DNA from: an uncultured delta proteobacterium
GTDB taxonomy: Bacteria > Desulfobacterota > Binatia > JACPRU01
DNA: 64,000 bases
NCBI GenBank assembly: GCA_963712515.1
Contig: CAVQIG010000025.1
Span: 3,620 to 67,619, forward strand
Direction: 5' to 3'
The notes below the pieces were generated by a model, which saw nothing but the letters and a program-made list of their open reading frames with translations, did no database searches and was not told the DNA's origin. Position numbers and translations under genes: made by a program. Shown in pieces: positions 40,603-49,139 of the stretch; the stretch's first letter is position 1; each line of letters begins with the position of its first letter.

Positions 40603-41943
40603 ATGCCCGGGGTGCAATCGGAAACTGCCGACGATCGCTTCTCGCCCGAGGAGCTGAGAGAGGTCTGGCCCGTTCTTTCGCATGCGGAGCGCGTCGAAGG
40701 ATTTCTGCTCCTCCCGAGAGACGAGGCGGAAGACCTCTTCTTTACGCTGAGCGCGGCAGACCAGGCCGCCATCGTCTTGAATCTGCCGCAGGGTGACCGC
40801 CGCTCGTGGATGCGGCTCCTGCCGCCCGACGATGCTGCAGACCTCATCCAGGCCGCACCGCAACCGGCCCGCGAGCCGCTTCTCGCGCTTCTCGATGAAC
40901 CGACTCGCCAGGAGGTCCAGGGGCTGCTCGCGTACGCCGAGGATCGAGCGGGCGGCTTGATGAACACCCGATTTGCTCGCCTGCGACCCGAGATGACGGT
41001 CGACGAGGCGATTGCATACCTGCGAAAGCAGGGCCGCCAGCAGGTCGAGACGATCTACTACTGCTACGTGCTCGACTCCGATCAACGGCTTGCTCGGGGT
41101 CGTCTCCTTCCGAGAGCTGTTCGACGTCGGCGCCGGGCCAGCGCGTGCGTGACATCATGCGGACGGGCGTCGTCACGGTGACCGACCAGACGCCCCAGGG
41201 CGACGTCAGCCAACTCTTCCAGACAGTCCGGGCTCCTCGCCCTTCCCGTCGTCGATGCCGAGCGGCCGCATGCAGGGCATCATCACCGCGGACGACATCG
41301 TTCACGTCGTCGCGGAAGAAGCGACGCAGCGAGATCCAGCGAATCGGCGGCTCGGAAGCGCTTGGACGCGCCGTATCTGGAGGTCGGCTTTCCGACGATG
41401 GTCCGCAAGCGCGCGGGATGGCTCTCGGCTCTCTTTCTCGGCGAGATGCTGACGGCGACCGCCATGGGATACTTCGAGAAGGAGATCGAGCGCGCGGTGG
41501 TGCTCGCGCTGTTCGTTCCGCTGATCATCAGCAGCGGCGGAAATTCGGGCTCTCAGGCCTCGACGCTCGTGATTCGAGCCATGGCGCTCGGCGAGGTTCG
41601 CCTGCGAGACTGGTGGAGAGTGATCCGGCGAGAGATCTCCGCAGGCCTCGTGCTCGGGACGATCCTCGGATCGATCGGCCTCGCGCGCATTCTCGCTTGG
41701 GTCGGGCTCTTCGGTTCCTACGGCGAGCACTACCTGCTGGTCGGCATGACCGTGGCGGCGAGCCTCATCGGCGTCGTCACCTTCGGCACGCTCGCCGGTT
41801 CGTTGCTGCCGTTCGTTCTCCGTCGTCTCGGCTTCGACCCCGCGAGCGCATGCGCGCCGTTCGTCGCCACGCTCGTCGACGTGACGGGCCTCATCATCTA
41901 CTTTTCGGTGGCGAGCGTGATCTTCCGCGGCACGCTGCTCTGA
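40603..41943 (+). pseudogene. mgtE: MgtE-family Mg2+ transporter, six apparent +1 breaks confined to the CBS region
   Basis: The N-domain (frame 1) and the membrane domain (track ORF 41362-41943, [40 protein letters not shown], also frame 1) are intact. Between 41088 and 41360 the CBS blocks step through frames 2, 0, 1, 2, 0, 1: [65 protein letters not shown]. The span is 1341 nt (447 codons). Confidence 0.8.
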
Positions 41944-42053
41944 AGCGGCGCCGTAGCGGCCGGGCCGTTCACTTTGCACGGTCGTCTTTCTTCATTCTGC
42001 AAGGTCGGACTGTGTGGGGCGCAAGAAGCCCAGCGACCCTGCGGATCCCACCG

Positions 42054-42069
42054 TGGCACCGATCGTGCT
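42054..42069 (+). promoter_or_regulatory. sigma-54-like motif, weak context
   Basis: TGGCACCGATCGTGCT has correct spacing and is intergenic. However, the next plus-strand gene starts 470 nt away, with a minus-strand ORF in between. Confidence 0.25.
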
Positions 42070-42164
42070 CCGTCGATCGACGTGCTTGCCGAGTCCAATA
42101 CCAGGCGGCCGTCCCGATTGGTGGAGCTGCGCAGCGCCGCGAGGCGAGCCGCAGCGGTTAGCTC

Positions 42165-42458
42165 CTAGAGCGCCCGGCATTCCGTCTTCACCGGCTCGCC
42201 CTGCTCGCAGCGGATGGTGTTCGTCATCCCCGACGTGAGCAGCGCGCACGCGTTGTTGGTCGCGCTTCTCAGGGCTTCGTCGCGGCGCGCGGCGCTCGCG
42301 GAGCGGCAGATCGCCCGCCCGTCGAATTGCATGCAAACCTCGCACTCGACCGCGCTCACCCGAAAGCTCGAGTAGACGACGAAGCCGATCACCGGCGCGA
42401 GCACCGCGACCGCGGCGATCCGATTCCGCCACAGGCCGCCTCTTCGGGCGTCCGGCAT
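42165..42458 (-). CDS. small Cys-rich membrane-anchored hypothetical protein
   Basis: 97 aa with a signal anchor (IAAVAVLAPVIGFVVYSSF) and 6 Cys (CEVC..C..C..C..C). No family was recognised and the RBS is weak. Confidence 0.35.
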   Translation of the reverse strand: MPDARRGGLWRNRIAAVAVLAPVIGFVVYSSFRVSAVECEVCMQFDGRAICRSASAARRDEALRSATNNACALLTSGMTNTIRCEQGEPVKTECRAL

Positions 42459-42538
42459 GGACCGCTTTTCGCTCGATCCCAGAGCCTCGTCAAATCGGTC
42501 GCTTTCCGTCGGCCGCGAACCTCGCTACACGTCGTTTC

Positions 42539-43375
42539 GTGGGCATCAGCGACCTCTTCTGGATCTTCTTCATCTTCTCCGCGCTCCAGCCGCTGATGCG
42601 CCAGAAGCTGCTCGAGGTCAGCCGCCAGCGGCTGATCGCCAAGCTCGAGCGGGCGCGCGGATCGCGGGTGATCCTCATCGTCCACCGCCAGGAGACCATG
42701 GCTCTGCTCGGCTTTCCCGTGTTGCGTTACATCGACATCAACGATTCCGAAGAGATCCTCCGTGCGATCCACATGACCGACCCGCGCGTGGCAATCGACC
42801 TCGTGCTCCACACCCCGGGCGGCCTCGTTCTCGCCGCCCTGCAGATCGCGCGGGCGATCCACAAGCGGCCGGGAAGGGTCACCGTGTTCGTGCCGCACTA
42901 CGCCATGTCCGGTGGAACCTTGATCGCGCTCGCCGCCGACGAGATCGTCATGAGCGAGCACGCGATGCTCGGCCCGGTCGATCCTCAGCTCGGACAATAT
43001 CCCGCCTCATCGATCCTCCAAGCGGTGGCACGCAAGCGCGTCCAGGACGTCGACGACGCCACGCTGATCCTCGCCGATCAGGCCGAGAAGGCGACCGTGC
43101 AGCTGCGCGCCGCCGTGAAGGAGTTTCTCGTCGACGAGATGCCGCCCGAGAGGAGCGAAGAGCTCGCTGCCCTACTCACCGGTGGTACCTGGACGCACGA
43201 CTACGGGATCTCCTTCGAGGTGGCCAAGGCGTTGGGGCTGAACGTCCGGAGCGACATTCCCGCCGACGTGCTTCGCCTGATGAGCCTCTTCCCGCAGCCG
43301 AAGCGTCAAGGCGTGGAATACCTGCCTTTTCCGTACCGCTACAAAGAGCCGCAGCAGCCAGGCACCGGGCGCTGA
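42539..43375 (+). CDS. SDH-family (ClpP/SppA-fold) membrane serine protease
   Basis: 278 aa with a GTG start. An N-terminal TM helix is followed by RGSRVILIVHRQE..DLVLHTPGGLVLAALQIARAI..VPHYAMSGGTLIALAADEIVM. Confidence 0.7.
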   Translation: MGISDLFWIFFIFSALQPLMRQKLLEVSRQRLIAKLERARGSRVILIVHRQETMALLGFPVLRYIDINDSEEILRAIHMTDPRVAIDLVLHTPGGLVLAALQIARAIHKRPGRVTVFVPHYAMSGGTLIALAADEIVMSEHAMLGPVDPQLGQYPASSILQAVARKRVQDVDDATLILADQAEKATVQLRAAVKEFLVDEMPPERSEELAALLTGGTWTHDYGISFEVAKALGLNVRSDIPADVLRLMSLFPQPKRQGVEYLPFPYRYKEPQQPGTGR

Positions 43376-43446
43376 AAACCATGGAGCCGAGTCGCCGCGA
43401 GGTCGCGCGCGTTCGGGTTGCGGCGGACGCGTCGCGCGATCGAGCG

Positions 43447-44217
43447 CTACGACCCGCCGCGGGTCCGGAGAACCGCTTCGACCTCGGGGTGTTTTGCCTT
43501 CTTGGCAAGGCTCGTCGCGGTGTCGCCGTCCTGATCGCGGACGTCGACGCGAGCCCCGCGGGCGACGAGCTCGCGCACCACCTCGGTCTGTCCGTTGGCC
43601 GCTCCGAACATCAGGGCCGTCCGGCCCGCGGCGTCGTGCGCATCGATCGCAACTTGCCGCTCGAGGAGGATCTTCACGACTTCGAGGTGGCCGCCGGCCG
43701 CTGCCGCCATCAGCGCGCTCACTCCCGAGCTCGTGACCGCGCGCGGATCCGCGCCGTGGGCGAGCAGCTGTTCCATCACCGCGACCTGGCCCCTTCCCGC
43801 CGCGGCAATCAGGGGGGTCACGCCCTTGTCGTTCGTCGCGCCGATTGCGGCGCCGTGCTCGAGCAGCGCCTCGACGAGCGCCTCGTGGCCGTCCTCGGCG
43901 GCGATCATCAGGAGCGGCGCGCCTTCCGGCGTCTTCTGGTTCGCATCGCCTCCCTGCCGAAGCAGGTCTTGCGCCTCGGCGGCGTCACCGAGTCCGACGG
44001 CGTCGAGAAGCGCTTCCTTCGGGTCCGTGGACGTCTCGATGTTCGTCTCGGCGTCGCGGCTCGTCGGCAGCGTGCAAGCCGAGATCACTAACCAAACGAG
44101 CACGGCCGCGCCGACCCGGAACCGGCGGAAGCGGCTCGACTCCAACCCACCAACGCACGTCGTTGTTGCGCCCTTCAAGCAAAAAGCCCGCGATCTCGCC
44201 GATCGACGACCGTACAC
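43447..44217 (-). CDS. ankyrin-repeat lipoprotein
   Basis: Carries a lipobox (VLVWLVISAC) and at least four ANK repeats (GAPLLMIAAEDGHEALVEALLEHGA, GVTPLIAAAGRGQVAVMEQLLAHGA, GVSALMAAAAGGHLEVVKILL, GRTALMFGAANGQTEVVRELVARGA). A later in-frame TTG start at 44145 is likely. Confidence 0.8.
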   Translation of the reverse strand: MYGRRSARSRAFCLKGATTTCVGGLESSRFRRFRVGAAVLVWLVISACTLPTSRDAETNIETSTDPKEALLDAVGLGDAAEAQDLLRQGGDANQKTPEGAPLLMIAAEDGHEALVEALLEHGAAIGATNDKGVTPLIAAAGRGQVAVMEQLLAHGADPRAVTSSGVSALMAAAAGGHLEVVKILLERQVAIDAHDAAGRTALMFGAANGQTEVVRELVARGARVDVRDQDGDTATSLAKKAKHPEVEAVLRTRGGS

Positions 44218-44347
44218 CTCGGTCCGCTACCTCCGCAACTGCCCTGCGACGATCGGGCGCACGACTTCTGTGTGACGTTTGCCGGGCGAGCAGATTTTGC
44301 TATGGTGATCTTACGGCTTATACGGCCGTAAGATAGGAGGCGGTAGG

Positions 44348-44650
44348 ATGGCGATGGTGGAGATCCCCCCAGAGGCACAGGAACTGGTCCGCAAGCTCGC
44401 TGAGCCCCGACCGATGCGACGCGGGTCGGTATCGGAGCGGTGGGTGAAGTGCAGTAAGCCGGGATGCGCGTGCGGGCAGAAGCCCGATGCGCGCCACGGT
44501 CCGTACTACAGCCTGACACAGGCCGAAGCGGGAAAGACCCGCTCACGGTTCTTGACGGCTCAGCAAGCGGCGATGGTGCGGGGACAGGTCGAGGCGGGGC
44601 GGGAGTTTCGGCGCTGGGCAGAGGAGTACTTCGCCGCTCACCAGAATTGA
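44348..44650 (+). CDS. small zinc-ribbon-like protein resembling the family I recall as DUF6788
   Basis: 100 aa with RGSVSERWVKCSKPGCACGQKPDARHGPYYSLTQAEAGKTRSRFL, preceded by GGAGG. The family name is from memory and unverified. Confidence 0.55.
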   Translation: MAMVEIPPEAQELVRKLAEPRPMRRGSVSERWVKCSKPGCACGQKPDARHGPYYSLTQAEAGKTRSRFLTAQQAAMVRGQVEAGREFRRWAEEYFAAHQN

Positions 44651-44809
44651 CCCACCTGCGCTCGTGAGAAGTGGTCCGCAACGAGGATTTGAATTTGCTA
44701 TTGGTGGATCTGCTTCGCGGTATTCTTCTCGGCTTCTTGGCGTACTTCGGCGGCGGGGAGGCGGTCAGCGTGTGAGCGCTGCCGCAGTTTGTGCAAGCGC
44801 CGCCGCGAG

Positions 44810-45232
44810 CTAGGAGCGGCGAAGCAAGCCGCGGATGGTGGCGGCATCGTAATCTTCAAAGTCCTCGGCAGTGTGCAAAGGCCGAGTGGTATCGGAAGCA
44901 GCCCGGTCGGGCAGCGCAAGGACCTGGAAGCGGGTGCCGTCGAAGGCAATGAGATCCTTGTGGATGAGAGCGTTGCGGGCAACGAGGTAGCTCTCGAGGG
45001 GAAGCCGCAGCACGGAGCAGATCGTTTCGTAGTGGTAGAAGCTCACGCCATAGCGGTCGGCGGCCAGGACCAGGAAGAAATAGAGATTGCGTTCGTCCGC
45101 CGTCAGCGAGGCGAAGAAGCCATCGCGCAGGAAGCGATGCGGGATGAAGGCGAAGCTCTGGTTGCCGATCGTGCGCACGCGCTCGGGGCAAATCGGAGCG
45201 CGCTGCAGGGGGCGCGGCGGCTTGTGGCTCAT
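44810..45232 (-). CDS. hypothetical protein, possible winged-helix (replication-initiator/DnaD-like) fold
   Basis: 140 aa starting 21 nt after the istB stop. The block FAFIPHRFLRDGFFASLTADERNLYFFLVLAADRYGVSFYHYETICSVLRLPLESYLVARNALIHKDLI has the pattern seen in wHTH replication/DnaD-type N-domains. The assignment is weak. Confidence 0.4.
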   Translation of the reverse strand: MSHKPPRPLQRAPICPERVRTIGNQSFAFIPHRFLRDGFFASLTADERNLYFFLVLAADRYGVSFYHYETICSVLRLPLESYLVARNALIHKDLIAFDGTRFQVLALPDRAASDTTRPLHTAEDFEDYDAATIRGLLRRS

Positions 45233-45253
45233 CGGCGACAGTGGGAAGAAGAC

Positions 45254-46001
45254 TCAGCCTTGCGGCTCGCGCAACGACGGACCGTCGATGCGCACCGTGT
45301 GGCAGTAATGCCGCAAGCGGCTGAGCAGCGCCTCCACCATCGACTTGTTGCCGAGGAAGTTGTGCCACTCGCCGTAGTCCAGGTTCGTGGTGACGATGGT
45401 GGAATGCCGGTGATAGCGCTCCTCCATCAGCTTGAAGAAGAGTGTTGGACTGTTCCGGCTTCAGGTTGAGGTAACCGAACTCGTCGATCAGCAGGACGTC
45501 GAGCCGCGCCAGATGGTTGATCAGCTTGCGCGTGGAGCGGTCGGCCAGCGAGGCGTACATCTCGTCGAACAGATCCTGTGCGCGGATGAACTGGCAGCGC
45601 AGCCCATTCTGCAAAGCCTTCAGCAGGAGGCCGCAGGCCAGTCCGGTCTTGCCGACGCCGGTGGGGCCGATGAAGACCAGATTCTCGTGCTTGGCCACGA
45701 AGTCGAGTTCGGCGAAGCCTCGGATCTGCTTGCGCTTCACGCCGGGCTGGCGGCTGTAGGGAAAGGTTTCCAGCGACCAGCGCTCGGGCAGATTGGCGCG
45801 GCGGATGCGCCACTCCAGCGCGCTCTCCTGGCGGTGATGCCACTGGGCGCGCAGCAGCGCGGCGACGAACTCCGAGTAAGAGACCTGCTGCTTGTCGGCG
45901 GCGCGAGCTCGTCTCGAGATCGCGCGCATGCGGCCGAGCTGGAGATTCTTCAGCAGCTGTTCGATCTCGTCAGTCATCGGGATCCTCGGGGTCAGAGTCA
46001 T
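45254..46001 (-). pseudogene. istB: IS21-family helper ATPase IstB, one apparent +1 break near 45443
   Basis: Contains a Walker A (FIGPTGVGKTGLA) and a Walker B (LLIDEFGYL). After QSN the frame shifts to LFFKLMEERYHRHSTIVTTNLDYGEWHNFLGNKSMVEALLSRLRHYCHTVRIDGPSLREPQG-stop. The span is 748 nt, which is 1 mod 3. Confidence 0.85.
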
Positions 46002-46034
46002 CCTCGGAGTCGGGGTCGTGACCGTCGGATCGGG

Positions 46035-47408
46035 TCAGACGGGCAGGCGGAAGTACTCGCGCGTCAGCGGCGCAGGATCATGCGTTCGACCCGGTCGAGG
46101 ATCGTAGAGGCCGTAGCGGGCCGCGACGCGCACGGCCTCGAGGAGCGGTCGCGGGGATAGTCCGCAGCAGGCGCAGCAGCCGGCGCACAGCGCGATCACC
46201 TTGTCTGGGCGTGACGCTTCAGGCTCTCGACATAGTCGCGAGCTCGGGGGCCGGCGCACGAGCGCGGTTTCTTCGTGGGACACGTTGCCCCGGGCGTGGC
46301 TGCCCTCGCCGCGCGGCGGCCGGTGCGCGGGGTCGATCACGCGCACGTGCTCACCGTCAATGAGGCGCTTGTGGCTGGCGACCAGGCGCGGGCGTCGAAG
46401 ACCTCGATCCTCTCCTTGGTTTCGCGCACTTCGACGCGGCGGCCGATGAGCCGCAGGGGGCGGTGCAACGAGTAGCGGTTGACGTTGACGAAGCCTTCGC
46501 AGTCCACCATGCGCTGATGCAGCCGGTAGACCTCGGGCACCCAGAGCGGCAGCGGTTTCAGGTGGGGCGCTCGACGGCGAAGAGCTCGCGCGGGACGGCG
46601 CGGAGATGTTTCTTGTAGGTCGCGTTGACGTGGTCGCACCAGGCTCGCGCCTCGCGGTTGAGCTTCTCCCAGTCGGCGAAGTGCGGCCGGCGAGGAAGTT
46701 GTTCTCGATGAAGTGGAAGGGCCGCTCGACACGCGCCGATCGATTGGCATCGCCGATCTCGTGGGCCACGAACCGAAAGCCCAGCCGCTCGGCGAAGGCG
46801 GCCATCTCGGGCACCGGCTCCATGTCGGCCGCTGCCCGAAGCACCACGACGTGCGTGTTGTCGATCATGACCCGCACACGCCCCGCCGAAGTAACGCAGC
46901 GCGTCGGTGAGAAAGACCTTGCAGGTGAAGCGATGAAGCGCGGGAAGATCTGAAAGAACAGCATCCGCGAGTGGCACAGGACCAGACTCGCGGTCTGCAC
47001 TCGGCGGACTTTGCCGCCGAGCTTCACGTCGTGGGGCGAGGTGTCGTGCTGCATCTCCTGGCCGGGAGCGAAGCAGTACTCGCCGGCGGGCGGGGGCGGC
47101 TCGTGGCCGATTCCGTAGCGGCGGCAGAAAGCGGTCAGTGCCGGGTAGGAGAGCTCGGCGCCGCCGGCGACGAGTTCCTCGTGTACTCGCACCAGGTTGC
47201 CCTTGCAGCTCTCGAAGAGCTCCAGGATCCGGTCGCGGTAGGGCTCGCCCAGCTCGGCGCGGGCGAGCGGCGGTACGCTGGCCAATCGCGAGGCGATCAC
47301 CGTCTTGACCGCTCCGCGTGACAAACCGAGAGAGCGTGCAATGGTGCGCGTGCCGTGTCCCGCCTCATGGAGCTTGAGGATCGCCATGCGAGTGGTCTGA
47401 TCCAGCAT
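46035..47408 (-). pseudogene. istA: IS21-family transposase IstA, several apparent frame breaks
   Basis: An HTH N-terminus (MLDQTTRMAILKLHEAGHGTRTIARSLGLSRGAVK) is followed by catalytic-core blocks split over several frames (GQEMQHDTSPH, VMIDNTHVVV, GFRFVAHEIGDANRSARVERPFHFIENNF, FADWEKLNREARAWCDHVNA, YSLHRPLRLIGRRVEVRETKERIEVFD). The start and stop are in the same frame. Confidence 0.8.
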
Positions 47409-48273
47409 CGATCCAGGTCTCCTTCCAGGCCGCGCGCAACGCACCGAAGGCGCTCTCGGCCGCGTGCCACGCGGCGCTCACGTCGAGGCGGGCGTACGTC
47501 GCTTCCAGAGCGATGGTGTCGCTGCGCAGGTGTTGGCGCGCCCGCCACGCCACGGCGCTGAGCGCCGTCAGGTCCTTCACCAAGGCGCTCCTACAGTCGG
47601 CTGCGAGGGGTGTCTCGGTGCTCTGCGCGCCGAGGGCACGCAGGAAAAGAGCCGGGTCGCTAACCAGTCGCTCGCGTCCCGTCCGATCCGCCCGGCGCCA
47701 GCCCTCGTAGAGCGCCGCCACCTCGCGGTCCGTCACCCGCCTCTGCCCCAGCGCTTCGACCAGCGCCTCGCATTGGCGGCGGTTGGCGCGCGACAACGAC
47801 AGCAAGTAGTGCATCGCCGCGTGCGGCGGGACCGTGCCCGCACGCACTCGCTGCTGGATCGTCGCGCTCAGCTCGCCGACGAGCCCCAGTCGCCGCGACA
47901 CCCAGCTCTTCGACCGACACAGCCGCCGCGCCAACTCCTCGAGCCCCATCCCCTGTTCGCGCAGCCGTGCGCACAGCCACCCCTGCTCGAGCGCCGAGCG
48001 CATCGCCGAGGAGAGATGATGGTGCTCGATGAGCGCCTCGCAATCCGACAGCGGCCACACCGTCGCCCCCACCGTGTCCCGGGCGAGCCGCCGGACCGCC
48101 TCCACCCGCAGGTAGCCGTCGATGAGCACGTAGCGCTCATTCTCGGCGACCACGATGACCGGCACCTGCTGGCCCTTCTCCGCCAGCGAGGCCAGCACCC
48201 GCCGCCACCGTCCCTCGTCCCGAATCCGCAGATCGGCGTGGCGAAGCTCAATCTGATGGAGCTCGATCTGCAC
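47365..48273 (-). CDS. ParB/Srx N-terminal-domain protein with central HTH
   Basis: Intact 302 aa containing SLAEKGQQVPVIVVAENERYVLIDGYLRVEAVRRL and GMGLEELARRLCRSKSWVSRRLGLV. Its 3-prime end overlaps the istA start by 44 nt. Confidence 0.7.
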   Translation of the reverse strand: MQIELHQIELRHADLRIRDEGRWRRVLASLAEKGQQVPVIVVAENERYVLIDGYLRVEAVRRLARDTVGATVWPLSDCEALIEHHHLSSAMRSALEQGWLCARLREQGMGLEELARRLCRSKSWVSRRLGLVGELSATIQQRVRAGTVPPHAAMHYLLSLSRANRRQCEALVEALGQRRVTDREVAALYEGWRRADRTGRERLVSDPALFLRALGAQSTETPLAADCRSALVKDLTALSAVAWRARQHLRSDTIALEATYARLDVSAAWHAAESAFGALRAAWKETWIDAGSDHSHGDPQAP

Positions 48274-48277
48274 CCGC

Positions 48278-48724
48278 TCACCCTGTCACCCCCACGGTTC
48301 TGGGCTCCATCTCGTCTTGCCGGGGGAGTCGGCTTAATGCTCGGAATTCATTTGCAAATCCGGCTACTTGACGCCTCATCTCGTCTTGCGCGTGGCGTGC
48401 GAGTACTCCCGACAATTCCGCAACGATTACACAGCCTTGTACCCCCATCGCGTCTTGCGCGAGGTCCCACGGCACTTTGACCAGCGGTGGTCCCGCCGGC
48501 CCCGGGCTCAGCTTTCCTGCCGCTCGCGCTCGCTCCAGCGCCTGGTGCCATCGACGCCCACGATCGTAGTCGGGGTGGCGTCCGTGCCACGCGCCATCGA
48601 TGCGGCGATGGCGTCTGCGCTTGCACTCCGCGGATCCGCAGGTGCGCTGCCGCTCCCGCACTCGCGGGTCGGCTCGAAACCAATGACGACACTCCGAACA
48701 CGGACGCTTCTTCCCCACGGCCAT
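48278..48724 (-). CDS. hypothetical protein with N-terminal CxxC...CxxxxC zinc-ribbon-like motif
   Basis: 148 aa containing KRPCSECRHWFRADPRVRERQRTCGSAECKRRRHR. Its stop lies 4 nt before the ParB-like start. Confidence 0.5.
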   Translation of the reverse strand: MAVGKKRPCSECRHWFRADPRVRERQRTCGSAECKRRRHRRIDGAWHGRHPDYDRGRRWHQALERARAAGKLSPGPAGPPLVKVPWDLAQDAMGVQGCVIVAELSGVLARHAQDEMRRQVAGFANEFRALSRLPRQDEMEPRTVGVTG

Positions 48725-49139
48725 TCGCTCCGGCCGGGCATCCTACCTGCCGGGCGCGGAGCATCCGCCTACGCGCAGAGCGTCAAGCAGCGAACGCAGA
48801 ACTCGTGGTGCCCCAATCGGGCGCCGCGATTCCACGATCGCACTGCGTGCCCTCACCCACCGCAACCCTGGGTCGCAGCGGATGGGTCATTTTCCCCGAG
48901 CAGCCCCGGGTCAAATCTCGCGAGCGTCGAAGGGAGTACCTTCGCACCTGCGAGAAGTGGGCTGATCGAGAGCTAGCGACCTCTGGTGAGGCGGCCTCCG
49001 AAACGGAGGCGGCCAAAAAGGGGGGCTCAAAGAAGCCCTCGAGGCGGAAGTCAGCGCCGAGATCGAGGCGCTCGTAGGAGCGGGCGCCGTCGATGAATGG
49101 GACTTTGAGGCCATCGAAACGGCCACGCGCCGGCGGGCG

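Larger units (their letters stand above)
44700..48790 (-). mobile_element. IS21-like element carrying three extra co-directional ORFs (boundaries approximate, terminal repeats not resolved)
   Basis: Five tightly packed minus-strand genes span 48724 to 44810: Zn-ribbon, ParB-like, istA, istB and wHTH-like. The gaps are 4, -44, 33 and 21 nt. Confidence 0.45.
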
